Part shown: positions 35,321-43,516 of the stretch, one piece after another
Numbering within the stretch: position 1 is the first letter of the stretch
Layout of the letters: each line of letters starts with the position of its first letter
IMG/VR virus record: IMGVR_UViG_3300045988_047893
Source: a virus
Length of the DNA: 52,768 nt
Direction: 5' to 3' (one strand)
Position numbers and translations under genes: made by a program
Notes under the pieces: model-generated
What the model was told of the DNA's origin: nothing
The model's database searches: none
Seen by the model: the letters and a program-made list of their open reading frames with translations, nothing else

Positions 35321-36854
35321 GCCGGTGATTTGCAGAGCGTCAGGGCAGGCATCGGCTGATACGCTGGATAACACCTGCCCTTGTCTGACGTGTGACCATG
35401 AAGCACCTATTGTTGCCGGATCATACTGCTTGGCGGGGAATATGATAGACCGCAACACCGGGATGAACGGCACGGGAGTAGACGAGAATGTGACATTCAC
35501 GCTGAACACCGTTGACCGTCACGCGGTAGCCTATGACGCAAGGCACCATTGCCTGAACGGCAATGTGAGCGGAACATTGCAGGCTAAAGGGGAAGGCGGA
35601 TGGAGCCTGAACTACATAAATCCGGTAATTCAACCGTTGCCGGAAGCAACCGGAGCGGATACCTATAATGGAACTGTTACCGGAGAGGTGGCGGCAACGC
35701 TTACAAAAGTGAACGGCGTAGCAACGAGTGGACCAAAAGTGATTCAAGCCGGCGAAAAGGGTTCACCGGACTGGATTGTCCGCCGTCTTATCCCATTGGA
35801 ATGCGGCCGATTGCAGGGCTTCCCTGATGGGTGGGCAGAAATCGCACCGCTGACCTCTCCACAAGAGTTTCCATTCTGGCGTGAAGTATATGCCAGAGAT
35901 TGCGAAATCAAAGGGAAAAGACCGAGCAGAAAAATTGTGCAGGGTGGCAGCACTGAAAGCGACAAGGCATTGATGCGCTGGCATGACGGCCTGCATAGCA
36001 TGGCAGCAGAGTATGCCATGTGGGGCAATGGTATGGCGTTGCCGAACGCACTGTTCTTTGTCAAAAATGCTTTCCGGGAACTGGGCAAACCAGCCGAGGA
36101 CGTGAAGTTGGGAAGCCTGTTTGACGGCAGCGGAACGATGCCGCTGTGCGCGGTAATGTGCGGCGGACGGGCAGTATGGGCAAGTGAGGTGGAGCCGTAC
36201 CCTATTGCCGTCACGAGAACGCACCTGCCGCATATGAAGCACCTAGGAAGCGTGAAGGATGTCCGGGGAGACAAAATCGAGCCAGTAGATATTATTACGT
36301 TCGGATCTCCTTGCCAGGACTTGAGCATTGCTGGAAAACGCGCCGGCCTGGGTGGCGGAAGATCTGGGCTATTCTGGGAAGCAATCAGAATCATCATAGA
36401 AATGCTGGTTGCAACAAATGGCAAATATCCGCGCTTTGTGATCTGGGAAAATGTGCCCGGTGCACTTTCGTCAAATGGAGGGAAGGATTTTGAAACGGTC
36501 CTCAATGAACTACTTCGTATCAGAGGATTTGCCGGAGGTAGAGCAGATAAGCCTATTCTCCAACATGGCAAGTGGGGGGGCTTCGCAAACTACGGAGCTG
36601 TTGCCTATCGAATCGTCAATGCTCAATACTGGGGAATCCCCCAGCGCAGGCGCAGAGTATATGCTGCCTGCGATACTCGTAGAGAATCCGCCGGAGTGGT
36701 CGCTTTTGAGCGAAAAGGCACTCAATGGGATTTTAACCCGTGCATCCCGAAGGGGGAAGAAATTGCCGGACTTACTGCTGACTGCTATTCATGGCATGAT
36801 CGAATGGTGGCATCGAGGCCAGCGGGGGGGGGCAGCATGGAGCCTACACCGTGA
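35301..36854 (+). CDS. DNA (cytosine-5) methyltransferase with permuted motif order (IX-X-I-IV-VI-VIII)
   Basis: RRLIPLECGRLQGFPDGW (aa 160-178) and MWGNGMALPNALFF (aa 240-253) precede SLFDGSGT (aa 272), FGSPCQDLSIAGKR (aa 334), VIWENVPG (aa 380) and NAQYWGIPQRRRR (aa 440). Confidence 0.7.
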   Translation: MKICESKPVICRASGQASADTLDNTCPCLTCDHEAPIVAGSYCLAGNMIDRNTGMNGTGVDENVTFTLNTVDRHAVAYDARHHCLNGNVSGTLQAKGEGGWSLNYINPVIQPLPEATGADTYNGTVTGEVAATLTKVNGVATSGPKVIQAGEKGSPDWIVRRLIPLECGRLQGFPDGWAEIAPLTSPQEFPFWREVYARDCEIKGKRPSRKIVQGGSTESDKALMRWHDGLHSMAAEYAMWGNGMALPNALFFVKNAFRELGKPAEDVKLGSLFDGSGTMPLCAVMCGGRAVWASEVEPYPIAVTRTHLPHMKHLGSVKDVRGDKIEPVDIITFGSPCQDLSIAGKRAGLGGGRSGLFWEAIRIIIEMLVATNGKYPRFVIWENVPGALSSNGGKDFETVLNELLRIRGFAGGRADKPILQHGKWGGFANYGAVAYRIVNAQYWGIPQRRRRVYAACDTRRESAGVVAFERKGTQWDFNPCIPKGEEIAGLTADCYSWHDRMVASRPAGGGSMEPTP

Positions 36855-37090
36855 AGATCCGGTCAGGGTGTGAGGGTGGCGGAAAAGGAGCACTTGTTCA
36901 GAAAGAACTTTCTGCAACACTGGCGACACATCAGGATCAAACGCTTTTTGAGCTGAGAAATATGGTACTGAATGACCAAGGCGGAGGAAGAATGAGCGTC
37001 ACGCAGGGAACGTCCGGGACGCTCAGAGCGCAGGAGCATGGGCATCCGCCAATTACTTTTGACAAGATGGGAGGAACGGAAAAAACATGA
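36640..37090 (+). pseudogene. C5-MTase downstream segments lying in two other frames
   Basis: Frame of ORF 36451-36873 encodes LSEKALNGILTRASRRGKKLPDLL. Frame of ORF 36851-37090 encodes KIRSGCEGGGKGALVQKELSATL..LNDQGGGRMSVTQGTSGTLRAQEHGH. From memory, both are segment types seen in long Firmicutes C5-MTases. Confidence 0.45.
36824..36832 (+). repeat. Poly-G tract (G9) followed by CAGCATG
   Basis: Counted directly. Starts 1539 nt (3 x 513) after the start of the G12 tract. Confidence 0.95.
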
Positions 37091-37623
37091 AAGTGGACAT
37101 ATCAAAAATTGCCTTGGTAGTAGTCATGATTGCTGGCATACAGACCAGTGTACTTTATCACCGGGTCAATGACCTGGAATGCCAGCGGGATATTTACAAG
37201 TCAAGGTATGAGGACTGGGAGGGCGTGTCGAAAGAGATTGCAGAGTACGCCGATACCCTGCGGGATTCTCTGAAAGCACGGGACCGGCTGGATGGGAAGC
37301 TGCTGGTTGAAGATGCTGGAGATTTTCTCTGTACAGCCTATTGCACCGAAAAGCGAGAGCACATCTGCGGAACAGGAACCGGGATCACAGCCAGCGGTGC
37401 CCCCGTGGAAGCTGATGTGACGGTGGCGGCAGACCCGGACGTGTTCCCGTTTGGGACTGTCCTCTATATCGAGGATATAGGAGTGCGGATCGTTCAGGAC
37501 AAAGGAGCGGGAATCCAGGGAAAACACTTGGACATAGCCGTTTCTGGAAGCCACGAAGATGCACTGAGCTGGCAAGGCTATGGAACGCACCGGGTCTGGA
37601 TCATCCAGGAGGCAGCGAAGTGA
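37087..37623 (+). CDS. Membrane-anchored 3D-domain (MltA/RlpA-like) cell-wall hydrolase
   Basis: N-terminal TM segment IALVVVMIAGIQ. CTAYC..GTGITASGAPV..VAADPDVFPFGTVLYIEDIGVRIVQDKGAGIQGKHLDI. Confidence 0.75.
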   Translation: MKVDISKIALVVVMIAGIQTSVLYHRVNDLECQRDIYKSRYEDWEGVSKEIAEYADTLRDSLKARDRLDGKLLVEDAGDFLCTAYCTEKREHICGTGTGITASGAPVEADVTVAADPDVFPFGTVLYIEDIGVRIVQDKGAGIQGKHLDIAVSGSHEDALSWQGYGTHRVWIIQEAAK

Positions 37624-37976
37624 TGTGGGGCAAGCTCCAAACGCACGGAGACAAGAAAAATGACGCAGAAGTTTTGGCTATTGCTGCTGCGGGTGCCCCG
37701 TTGGATGTCATGGCTATGTTTTTTGAATCACACATTGAGGAGTTGCCTGACTTGTGCGTTGAAAAACTTGCAGAAGCAGTTGATAAACGCGCCAGCGATA
37801 CTCCATGTCACCGGGAATCTGAAAACTGGAAAGACCTTGCAGCTTGGGCAAGAATTGAACTTAAAAGGAGAAAAAGCAATGGACGGATTTGTGAAAACAC
37901 TGGGTGTTCTGATGGTTTTGGCGGCTGTGGCACTGTGGGCGGCACTGATTTTCTTTGTGCCTGCCGCACTGATTAA
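37620..37976 (+). CDS. Hypothetical protein (C-terminal extent uncertain)
   Basis: 118-aa ORF. The last 30 codons or so overlap a better-supported small membrane ORF in another frame. Confidence 0.35.
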   Translation: MMWGKLQTHGDKKNDAEVLAIAAAGAPLDVMAMFFESHIEELPDLCVEKLAEAVDKRASDTPCHRESENWKDLAAWARIELKRRKSNGRICENTGCSDGFGGCGTVGGTDFLCACRTD

Positions 37977-38004
37977 GTTCCTTTGGCTTTATCTGGTGGC
38001 ATGA
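37879..38004 (+). CDS. 41-aa single-pass membrane peptide
   Basis: AAAAGGAG RBS. MDGFVKTLGVLMVLAAVALWAALIFFVPAALIKFLWLYLVA. Confidence 0.45.
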   Translation: MDGFVKTLGVLMVLAAVALWAALIFFVPAALIKFLWLYLVA

Positions 38005-38204
38005 TGGACAATGAAACGCTGACACGGATTCTGTCCGCACGATTTATAACGTGTAATGAGCAGGCCCGAAAAGGCAGTAAGGGATGCACGAAAGAGTGCA
38101 AACTCTATGAGCTGCAAGAACCGGGTATGACCTGCCGGGACAGCGTCCTTCTCCACGCAGAGGAAGCAAAGAAAATTTTGAAAATAAGGTCGCACAACTC
38201 CTGA
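38001..38204 (+). CDS. Hypothetical Cys-containing small protein
   Basis: ATGA overlap with the upstream stop. 67 aa. Confidence 0.4.
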   Translation: MMDNETLTRILSARFITCNEQARKGSKGCTKECKLYELQEPGMTCRDSVLLHAEEAKKILKIRSHNS

Positions 38205-38207
38205 CAC

Positions 38208-38236
38208 AGGCCGCCCGCTGCGGCGGCCTTTTTTGT
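38208..38236 (+). terminator. Intrinsic terminator
   Basis: AGGCCGCC pairs with GGCGGCCT, followed by TTTTTTG. Confidence 0.75.
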
Positions 38237-38303
38237 GAGCATGGGAACAGGCCCGGCCCGGTTCAACTCCGGGATTGCCCAAAACTGAAAGGAGAACACA
38301 CCG

Positions 38304-38492
38304 ATGCAGAGGTACTACATTTTGCTGAAAGCGACCGGTGCTGGTGGGTGGCCGGGTTGGCTGCCGTACCGGCTGGATGCGGACAGCGCCGAACAGGCTG
38401 TTGAAAAAGCCAAGGAGCAGGCCGAGAATCATTACCCGGAGTACGAAAAGTTTGAAGTTCAGGCTATCGAAATTGAAAGGAGAAGCAAATGA
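38304..38492 (+). CDS. Hypothetical protein
   Basis: 62 aa with a GGAGAA RBS. Confidence 0.45.
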   Translation: MQRYYILLKATGAGGWPGWLPYRLDADSAEQAVEKAKEQAENHYPEYEKFEVQAIEIERRSK

Positions 38493-39118
38493 AGCTGGCA
38501 GCAATCGCAAAGCTCATTAAGGCAGATGGGTACTGTAAACTCTACAAAGTGTTCTATGACGATTGCAGAACCTATGATTTGTACATTGGAACCAAAACGG
38601 CAATCTTCCCGCTGACCGGATTTCCGAAGGCACAAAATGAAAGTGAGTTGGCAACCCTCCTGGGCATCAGCAAAAAGGAATGGGCAGACATCGAGTTTGA
38701 TAATGACTGCCCGGATGATCTCCATCACATCGAAGGGATGGATTTGGACGACACGGCAGACGGAGAAATGGACTGCGTGACCGGAAGAATCGGTATCCGG
38801 TACTGCGGGTGTGAACTGGTTCCAATGATCGAGCCCGTTTCGGGAACGGTCGGTTTTGTGGATGCGAAGCAGATCATGCCAGTAGCAGATGAAATCCGCA
38901 AGAGCGGATATTTCAAATACTGCGCCAGGAAGATGGCGAGCGGCGGACGCTACTATGTTATCAAGGACGGAATGGTGGTGCGCGGCGCGGTGCTTCCTGT
39001 AAAGCTGGAACCTCTGGCAAAGTCTGGACTGCGTGAGCTTGCCGACATGGTGAAAAAGACTAGGGATGTTGCCGATGTGGAGGACTTGAGCGAACAGGAG
39101 GACAAAAACGATGCGTAA
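38489..39118 (+). CDS. Hypothetical protein
   Basis: 209 aa, coupled to its neighbours. No family recognised. Confidence 0.5.
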   Translation: MKLAAIAKLIKADGYCKLYKVFYDDCRTYDLYIGTKTAIFPLTGFPKAQNESELATLLGISKKEWADIEFDNDCPDDLHHIEGMDLDDTADGEMDCVTGRIGIRYCGCELVPMIEPVSGTVGFVDAKQIMPVADEIRKSGYFKYCARKMASGGRYYVIKDGMVVRGAVLPVKLEPLAKSGLRELADMVKKTRDVADVEDLSEQEDKNDA

Positions 39119-39380
39119 GGCTGTGAAACTGCTGGCTTTGACCACCTTGACTGCTGCACTGTGCGCTACACTGACCGGGTGCGAAGCTGTCAAGGATGCA
39201 ACAATCGGCGAAAATCCGGTCAAGACGGTATATGTTTATCTGCCGGATGGCACTTTGCTGGACAAAGGAAGGGCAGACAAGGTAAGTTCATTTGTACACA
39301 ATGATCGTATCGTGAAAGTCACGATTGACGGGAAAACATACGAAACCAGCTGGGCCAATGTGGTTTTAGTGGAGGAATAA
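39111..39380 (+). CDS. Lipoprotein (paralog of 40837-41079)
   Basis: Signal peptide with lipobox LTGC. The C-terminus PDGTLLDKGRADK..VKVTIDGKTYETSWANVVL aligns with the 40837 protein. Confidence 0.65.
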   Translation: MRKAVKLLALTTLTAALCATLTGCEAVKDATIGENPVKTVYVYLPDGTLLDKGRADKVSSFVHNDRIVKVTIDGKTYETSWANVVLVEE

Positions 39381-39382
39381 CG

Positions 39383-40030
39383 ATGAGTAAGATTTTGAAA
39401 AGCGTAACTCTGGGCGACGTGAAAATTGGCGGCATCTTCAGGGCGCTGGGCAAGGAGTTTGTGAAGCTGGATGCAGACGAACACGGCTGTCTGGTACTGG
39501 CAAAGGACATTTGGACGAGAATGCCGTTCCGCGACGGCGACGACCCGGAATACCCCAACGATCTGCGCCGGAGCGAGATTATGCCATATCTGGGTAACTG
39601 CCTGGCAGAGTTTACAAAGAACGGCACTCCGCTGAGTACATTCATTCCGCTCAGAATCGACCTTCAGGACACGACCGGCCAGAACGAATACGGAATCTTT
39701 GAAGTGAGGATTGGCCTGTTGACCCTGCGCGGGTACGGAAAATATTGGCGGCTGATCCCGAAGGTAGATGCGCCGTGGTGGTTGGCAACGCCTTACGGTA
39801 CGCCGAATTGCTCTCCGCGCACCAGCGATAACAACAACGTCTGGCGCGTCCACACCGATGGCTCCGGCAGCCACTACTGGTACTACTACTCCTATGGTGT
39901 TCGCCCCGTTTTGTGCTTTTCCTCTGCACTCTTGGTCTCTGTCGAGGACGAAAGAGAGGCCGGGTTTTCGCTTTCCGATGTTCCGCTGGATGACCTGCTG
40001 GCCGAAATCAAGAGCCGGACGGAGGGCTAA
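39383..40030 (+). CDS. DGR target protein 2 (remote, non-structural context)
   Basis: 215 aa with no signal peptide. VR2 encodes ..SPRTSDNNNVWRVHTDGSGSHYWYYYSYGVRPV. The N-terminal region resembles target 1 (VKIGGIF.., WWLATP). Confidence 0.75.
   Translation: MSKILKSVTLGDVKIGGIFRALGKEFVKLDADEHGCLVLAKDIWTRMPFRDGDDPEYPNDLRRSEIMPYLGNCLAEFTKNGTPLSTFIPLRIDLQDTTGQNEYGIFEVRIGLLTLRGYGKYWRLIPKVDAPWWLATPYGTPNCSPRTSDNNNVWRVHTDGSGSHYWYYYSYGVRPVLCFSSALLVSVEDEREAGFSLSDVPLDDLLAEIKSRTEG
39811..39909 (+). repeat. DGR variable repeat 2 (VR2)
   Basis: Aligns to TR 26422-26520. The first 98 positions have 13 differences, all at TR adenines. The last position (39909 t, TR c) marks the end of homology. Confidence 0.85.
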
Positions 40031-40032
40031 TC

Positions 40033-40377
40033 ATGGATGCGGTAAAAAATGACGTGAAGCGGCTGGTCAAAATTGAGCTGGCCGCTGCAAACAAGAAGTT
40101 TCGGATGTTTGCAGGGCCGCATGAGGGCGCGGGAATCATCCAAGAAGAAGTCGTGGAAGCTGCGCGGGAGATGAACGGTCTGCGCCGGGAACTTAACGCT
40201 ATGTGGATAGGTGTTTACTCCAACAATCCGCAGATCTCCACGAAAGGCGTATACGACCGGGCTGTTGCCCTGGCCGTGGAAGCTATTCAGACAGCAGCGA
40301 TGGCCCGGAAGTTTGAGCGCAGCCAGCGCCGTCACTGGCCGGGGGCAAAGGATCCGCACTATGGTGAAGAAGAATGA
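40033..40377 (+). CDS. Hypothetical protein
   Basis: 114-aa helical protein. Confidence 0.45.
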   Translation: MDAVKNDVKRLVKIELAAANKKFRMFAGPHEGAGIIQEEVVEAAREMNGLRRELNAMWIGVYSNNPQISTKGVYDRAVALAVEAIQTAAMARKFERSQRRHWPGAKDPHYGEEE

Positions 40378-40840
40378 CGCACCTACCGAAATCGAGACCA
40401 TCACGCTGACCATGAGCCGCCCGGTGGCCGAGGCTGTGCAAGCGGCCTGCGAGTGGTACTTGCGCTTACATATGGGCCAGTTCTGGGATGTAGCCGATGA
40501 TCTGTGCATGGCAAAGTTCTATTCCGATGCCAAACATAATGAGTTCAAGACAAAGGAACAGCGGGACAACGCTTTCACGGTTTCAATCCACCGCCGGAAC
40601 GATATGCAGGATGGACTGGATAACCTATATCGCCGGTACGTTCTCCCTGCCCCAATCTCCGACCTGATGGAGATTCCGTACCGGGCAGAACAGGTATGGC
40701 TTGTCATTCGCCACGCCTTGGCATGGCATGACAAGCCGGAGGGCGATCCATGGAATGTGTGCTTTGATAAGCCGCTGAACCGCAGCGACCAGCCGCAGCC
40801 GGTAGTAAAACTCAATGAAAAGCAGGAGGCAAAGAAATGA
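40361..40840 (+). CDS. Hypothetical protein
   Basis: ATG 40361 inside ORF 40211-40840. 159 aa. Confidence 0.45.
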   Translation: MVKKNDAPTEIETITLTMSRPVAEAVQAACEWYLRLHMGQFWDVADDLCMAKFYSDAKHNEFKTKEQRDNAFTVSIHRRNDMQDGLDNLYRRYVLPAPISDLMEIPYRAEQVWLVIRHALAWHDKPEGDPWNVCFDKPLNRSDQPQPVVKLNEKQEAKK

Positions 40841-41079
40841 GAAAGATTTTTATGGTGGGAGCATCTGCGGTGGCAAGCGTTTTGCTGATGACGGGATGCA
40901 ACAAGCAGGTAATTGATTTGACCTACGAATATTCGCAGGCACAGATTAAAATGCCGGATGGAACCGTAATTGAGGGCAAGGTGGATAGCTGGAACGATTA
41001 TGAAGGCGACCAGTTACAGGTCAAAATTAACGGAACAACATATCTGGCCCATTCGTCAAACGTGGTCCTCTGGCACTGA
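40837..41079 (+). CDS. Lipoprotein (paralog of 39111-39380)
   Basis: Signal peptide with lipobox MTGC. PDGTVIEGKVDS..VKINGTTYLAHSSNVVL. Confidence 0.65.
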   Translation: MRKIFMVGASAVASVLLMTGCNKQVIDLTYEYSQAQIKMPDGTVIEGKVDSWNDYEGDQLQVKINGTTYLAHSSNVVLWH

Positions 41080-41162
41080 GCAAGGGCAAAGTTCGGGATC
41101 GAGAGGAAGAAGTTGCACACGAATCTTGAAGATTTTGAGGTTATGAAGTTGGAGAAAGTGCA

Positions 41163-41378
41163 ATGAGACAGAACGGAGCAATGTTTATCTGCAACCGTTG
41201 CCGGAAGCAGGTATTTGCAGAACGGTTTGATGATGGCCGGTTTGACCAGAAGGCACTGGATGGGTGGGCGCTTGAAACGAGGGACTTCTTTGGAGTTGGC
41301 GACTTGTGCCCGGAGTGCTTCAAGGTGTACCGCGAAACGATGGATCGTTTTTATGAAGGTGGCCGACATGGAGGATAA
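41163..41378 (+). CDS. Zinc-ribbon-like small protein
   Basis: CNRC...CPEC pairs. Confidence 0.45.
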   Translation: MRQNGAMFICNRCRKQVFAERFDDGRFDQKALDGWALETRDFFGVGDLCPECFKVYRETMDRFYEGGRHGG

Positions 41379-41634
41379 GACAGATAACTCCCAGAAAAAG
41401 GAAGAACACGATTCTTTGAAACCTGCAAGGGATGCCATTGCAACTGCTATGCGGGCCGCCCAATTTGCGAAAGCGACCGGCACCCCACTGCCGAAACCAC
41501 TTAAATGGCAGCGTGAATTCTATGACGCTACCGGTGTGTTTCCATACGGCTGGTATGAGTGCCCGGTATGCGGGTACAGGACAGATTGGGAACCGCACGC
41601 CTGTCCGATTTGCCACACACTGCTAGAACCGTGA
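41368..41634 (+). CDS. Zinc-ribbon-like small protein
   Basis: GAAGGTGG RBS. CPVCG...CPIC pairs. Confidence 0.45.
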   Translation: MEDKTDNSQKKEEHDSLKPARDAIATAMRAAQFAKATGTPLPKPLKWQREFYDATGVFPYGWYECPVCGYRTDWEPHACPICHTLLEP

Positions 41635-41649
41635 CGAAAGGAATACAGG

Positions 41650-41823
41650 ATGATGGAACCTGAAAGAACCTGCTGCACCTGCCGCTGGCATGAGGGCTAC
41701 ACCTGGGTATGCTTCAACGGCAATTCTCCGAACCGTGCCGACTTCACTGACCCGGAGGACACCTGCGAGTGCTGGGAAGTCAGAACGGAAGAAAACAGCA
41801 TCGGTGACTACGAAGTAAACTAA
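41650..41823 (+). CDS. Cys-rich 57-aa ORF
   Basis: Hand-translated: MMEPERTCCTCRWHEGYTWVCFNGNSPNRADFTDPEDTCECWEV... Confidence 0.3.
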   Translation: MMEPERTCCTCRWHEGYTWVCFNGNSPNRADFTDPEDTCECWEVRTEENSIGDYEVN

Positions 41824-42107
41824 TCAAGCTCTAATCAAGAATTAAGCAAGCCCGTCGTTAAATTGCCGCCCTGACGAGGCGGCAAGGGGCTTGTATGTGT
41901 AACTTAATCTAGCGACCACGGAAGAACACGCCGGGGAAAGCGGGGGTCAAGGGGGAGAAAACGAGGGCGGGTCTGTAGGGCTTGACGGAATGGGAAACTT
42001 AGAAAGACCTGCCCGGCGTTGTGTCCCCCTTGACCTGCGAAGCCGTGTGTGTTTGGTCCACAGAAAAGAAAATCCCAGTAGAACTTTGCGGAAGGAGGAA
42101 GTGAACG
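41824..42107. other. Candidate replication origin or Rep-binding region
   Basis: TAATCAAG direct repeats at 41821-41838. TTGCCGCC/GGCGGCAA hairpin. 12-bp inverted repeat GGTCAAGGGGGA (about 41946) / TCCCCCTTGACC (about 42024). Immediately upstream of the Rep-like gene. Confidence 0.35.
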
Positions 42108-42935
42108 GTGCGGGCATGGTACATTCGGGAGCAGAGACACATTCTTGGAACGTCCGATTATGCAGAAGTGGATCTCTTTGAAACAACGGACAAAGAGCAT
42201 ACCGCATCCGCTCGCCGCAAAAGAGAGCTGGCAACCTCCATTGCGCAGCAGAAGTATAACGACATGATAGCAAGGCGGTATTTCTGCCAGCTGGCCTATA
42301 CGAATTTCGGGGAAAGCGACTGGGCAGTCACGTTTACATACGACCACGACCACCAGCCAGCACCCGGAGATTTTAACCAAGTAGACCGGGACTGGACGAA
42401 TTTTACCCGCCGCTTGAAGCGCTTCTGCAAAAAGATGGGTCGAGAAGCATCCAAGTGGATGCAGGTTGCAGAGTACAGCGTGATGGACGAGGACGGGAAA
42501 GTTACCGGCAGACACCACCATCATGCGATCCTGCAAGGCAATCTGACATGGCAGGAGATCAAGGACTTGTGGCGGGACAGCACCGGGCGGCCGATGGGGC
42601 TTGTGAAAGTTGAACCTATCGACCTGACCTGTTCCAGCTTTGAACGCCTGACAACCTACATGACGAAAGCCCGCGCCCGTATCCGGCGCTGGCGACAGAG
42701 CCAAGGGCTGCAAAAGCCGAAAACCCCGCGCCCGAACGACACCAGATGGAGCCGCAAGCGCTTTGACGAAGCGTTTGCTTTGCCGGATGATCGTGAATAT
42801 TGGGAGAAAAAATACCCCGGTTATACCCTGCGTGAGTGTGAGCAGCATATCACCGGCAATAACACCAAGCACCTGATCGTGAAACTGAAAAAGAAGCCGG
42901 ACACACGGCGGAAGAACAGGAGGAACCAGCCATGA
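42108..42935 (+). CDS. HUH-type rolling-circle Rep-like initiator
   Basis: GTG start after GGAAGGAGGAAG. AVTFTYDHD.., RHHHHAIL (HUH) and LTTYMTK (catalytic Tyr motif) in the usual order. Confidence 0.55.
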   Translation: MRAWYIREQRHILGTSDYAEVDLFETTDKEHTASARRKRELATSIAQQKYNDMIARRYFCQLAYTNFGESDWAVTFTYDHDHQPAPGDFNQVDRDWTNFTRRLKRFCKKMGREASKWMQVAEYSVMDEDGKVTGRHHHHAILQGNLTWQEIKDLWRDSTGRPMGLVKVEPIDLTCSSFERLTTYMTKARARIRRWRQSQGLQKPKTPRPNDTRWSRKRFDEAFALPDDREYWEKKYPGYTLRECEQHITGNNTKHLIVKLKKKPDTRRKNRRNQP

Positions 42936-43516
42936 GCGCCAGACTGGAACTGGACGATCTGCCGCCGCGCTACCGTGCGCAGGCGGAGGCTCAAATAGCA
43001 GCCAGACAACGGGGAAAGTGTACCCATACGCAGCCAATGGCGGAGGCCGCAAGCGCTGCTGGGCGGTTGAACAAAACTTTTGATTCCTACGGAGAGTATG
43101 TGTATTACATCGGCACGATCTTGCCCGGCATTCAGTCCGGCAAGATCGTGTCAGCAGAACCGCACCCGAAGTGGACGCTGCTGCAAGAGGAAGAATACTG
43201 TGCAGTGAAACTCCCGGCGGCGCATTACACGGCAGACTATAAGCTCACCTATGCAGACGGACGGGTGGATGTGGTCGAGATCAAGTCGAAGTTTACCCGG
43301 AAAGCACAGCGGGATTATATCTATCGCCGTAGGCTTTTTATCGACCTCATAGCCAAACCGCAAGGATGGGGATTTGTTGAAATCATTACACCGGACACGA
43401 AAGCAGAAACGAAAGAGTGGAAGCGCCTGGCTGAACAGGCGGGAAAGGAACAATTATGGGCAAAAGCAGAGCAAGGCTGCCGGCATTTTACCGGCAGAGC
43501 ATCCAGAACGCGGTGA
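42932..43516 (+). CDS. DUF1064-like (restriction-endonuclease-fold) protein
   Basis: FDSYGEYVYY..YTADYKLTYADGRVDVVEIKSKFT pattern. Confidence 0.4.
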   Translation: MSARLELDDLPPRYRAQAEAQIAARQRGKCTHTQPMAEAASAAGRLNKTFDSYGEYVYYIGTILPGIQSGKIVSAEPHPKWTLLQEEEYCAVKLPAAHYTADYKLTYADGRVDVVEIKSKFTRKAQRDYIYRRRLFIDLIAKPQGWGFVEIITPDTKAETKEWKRLAEQAGKEQLWAKAEQGCRHFTGRASRTR

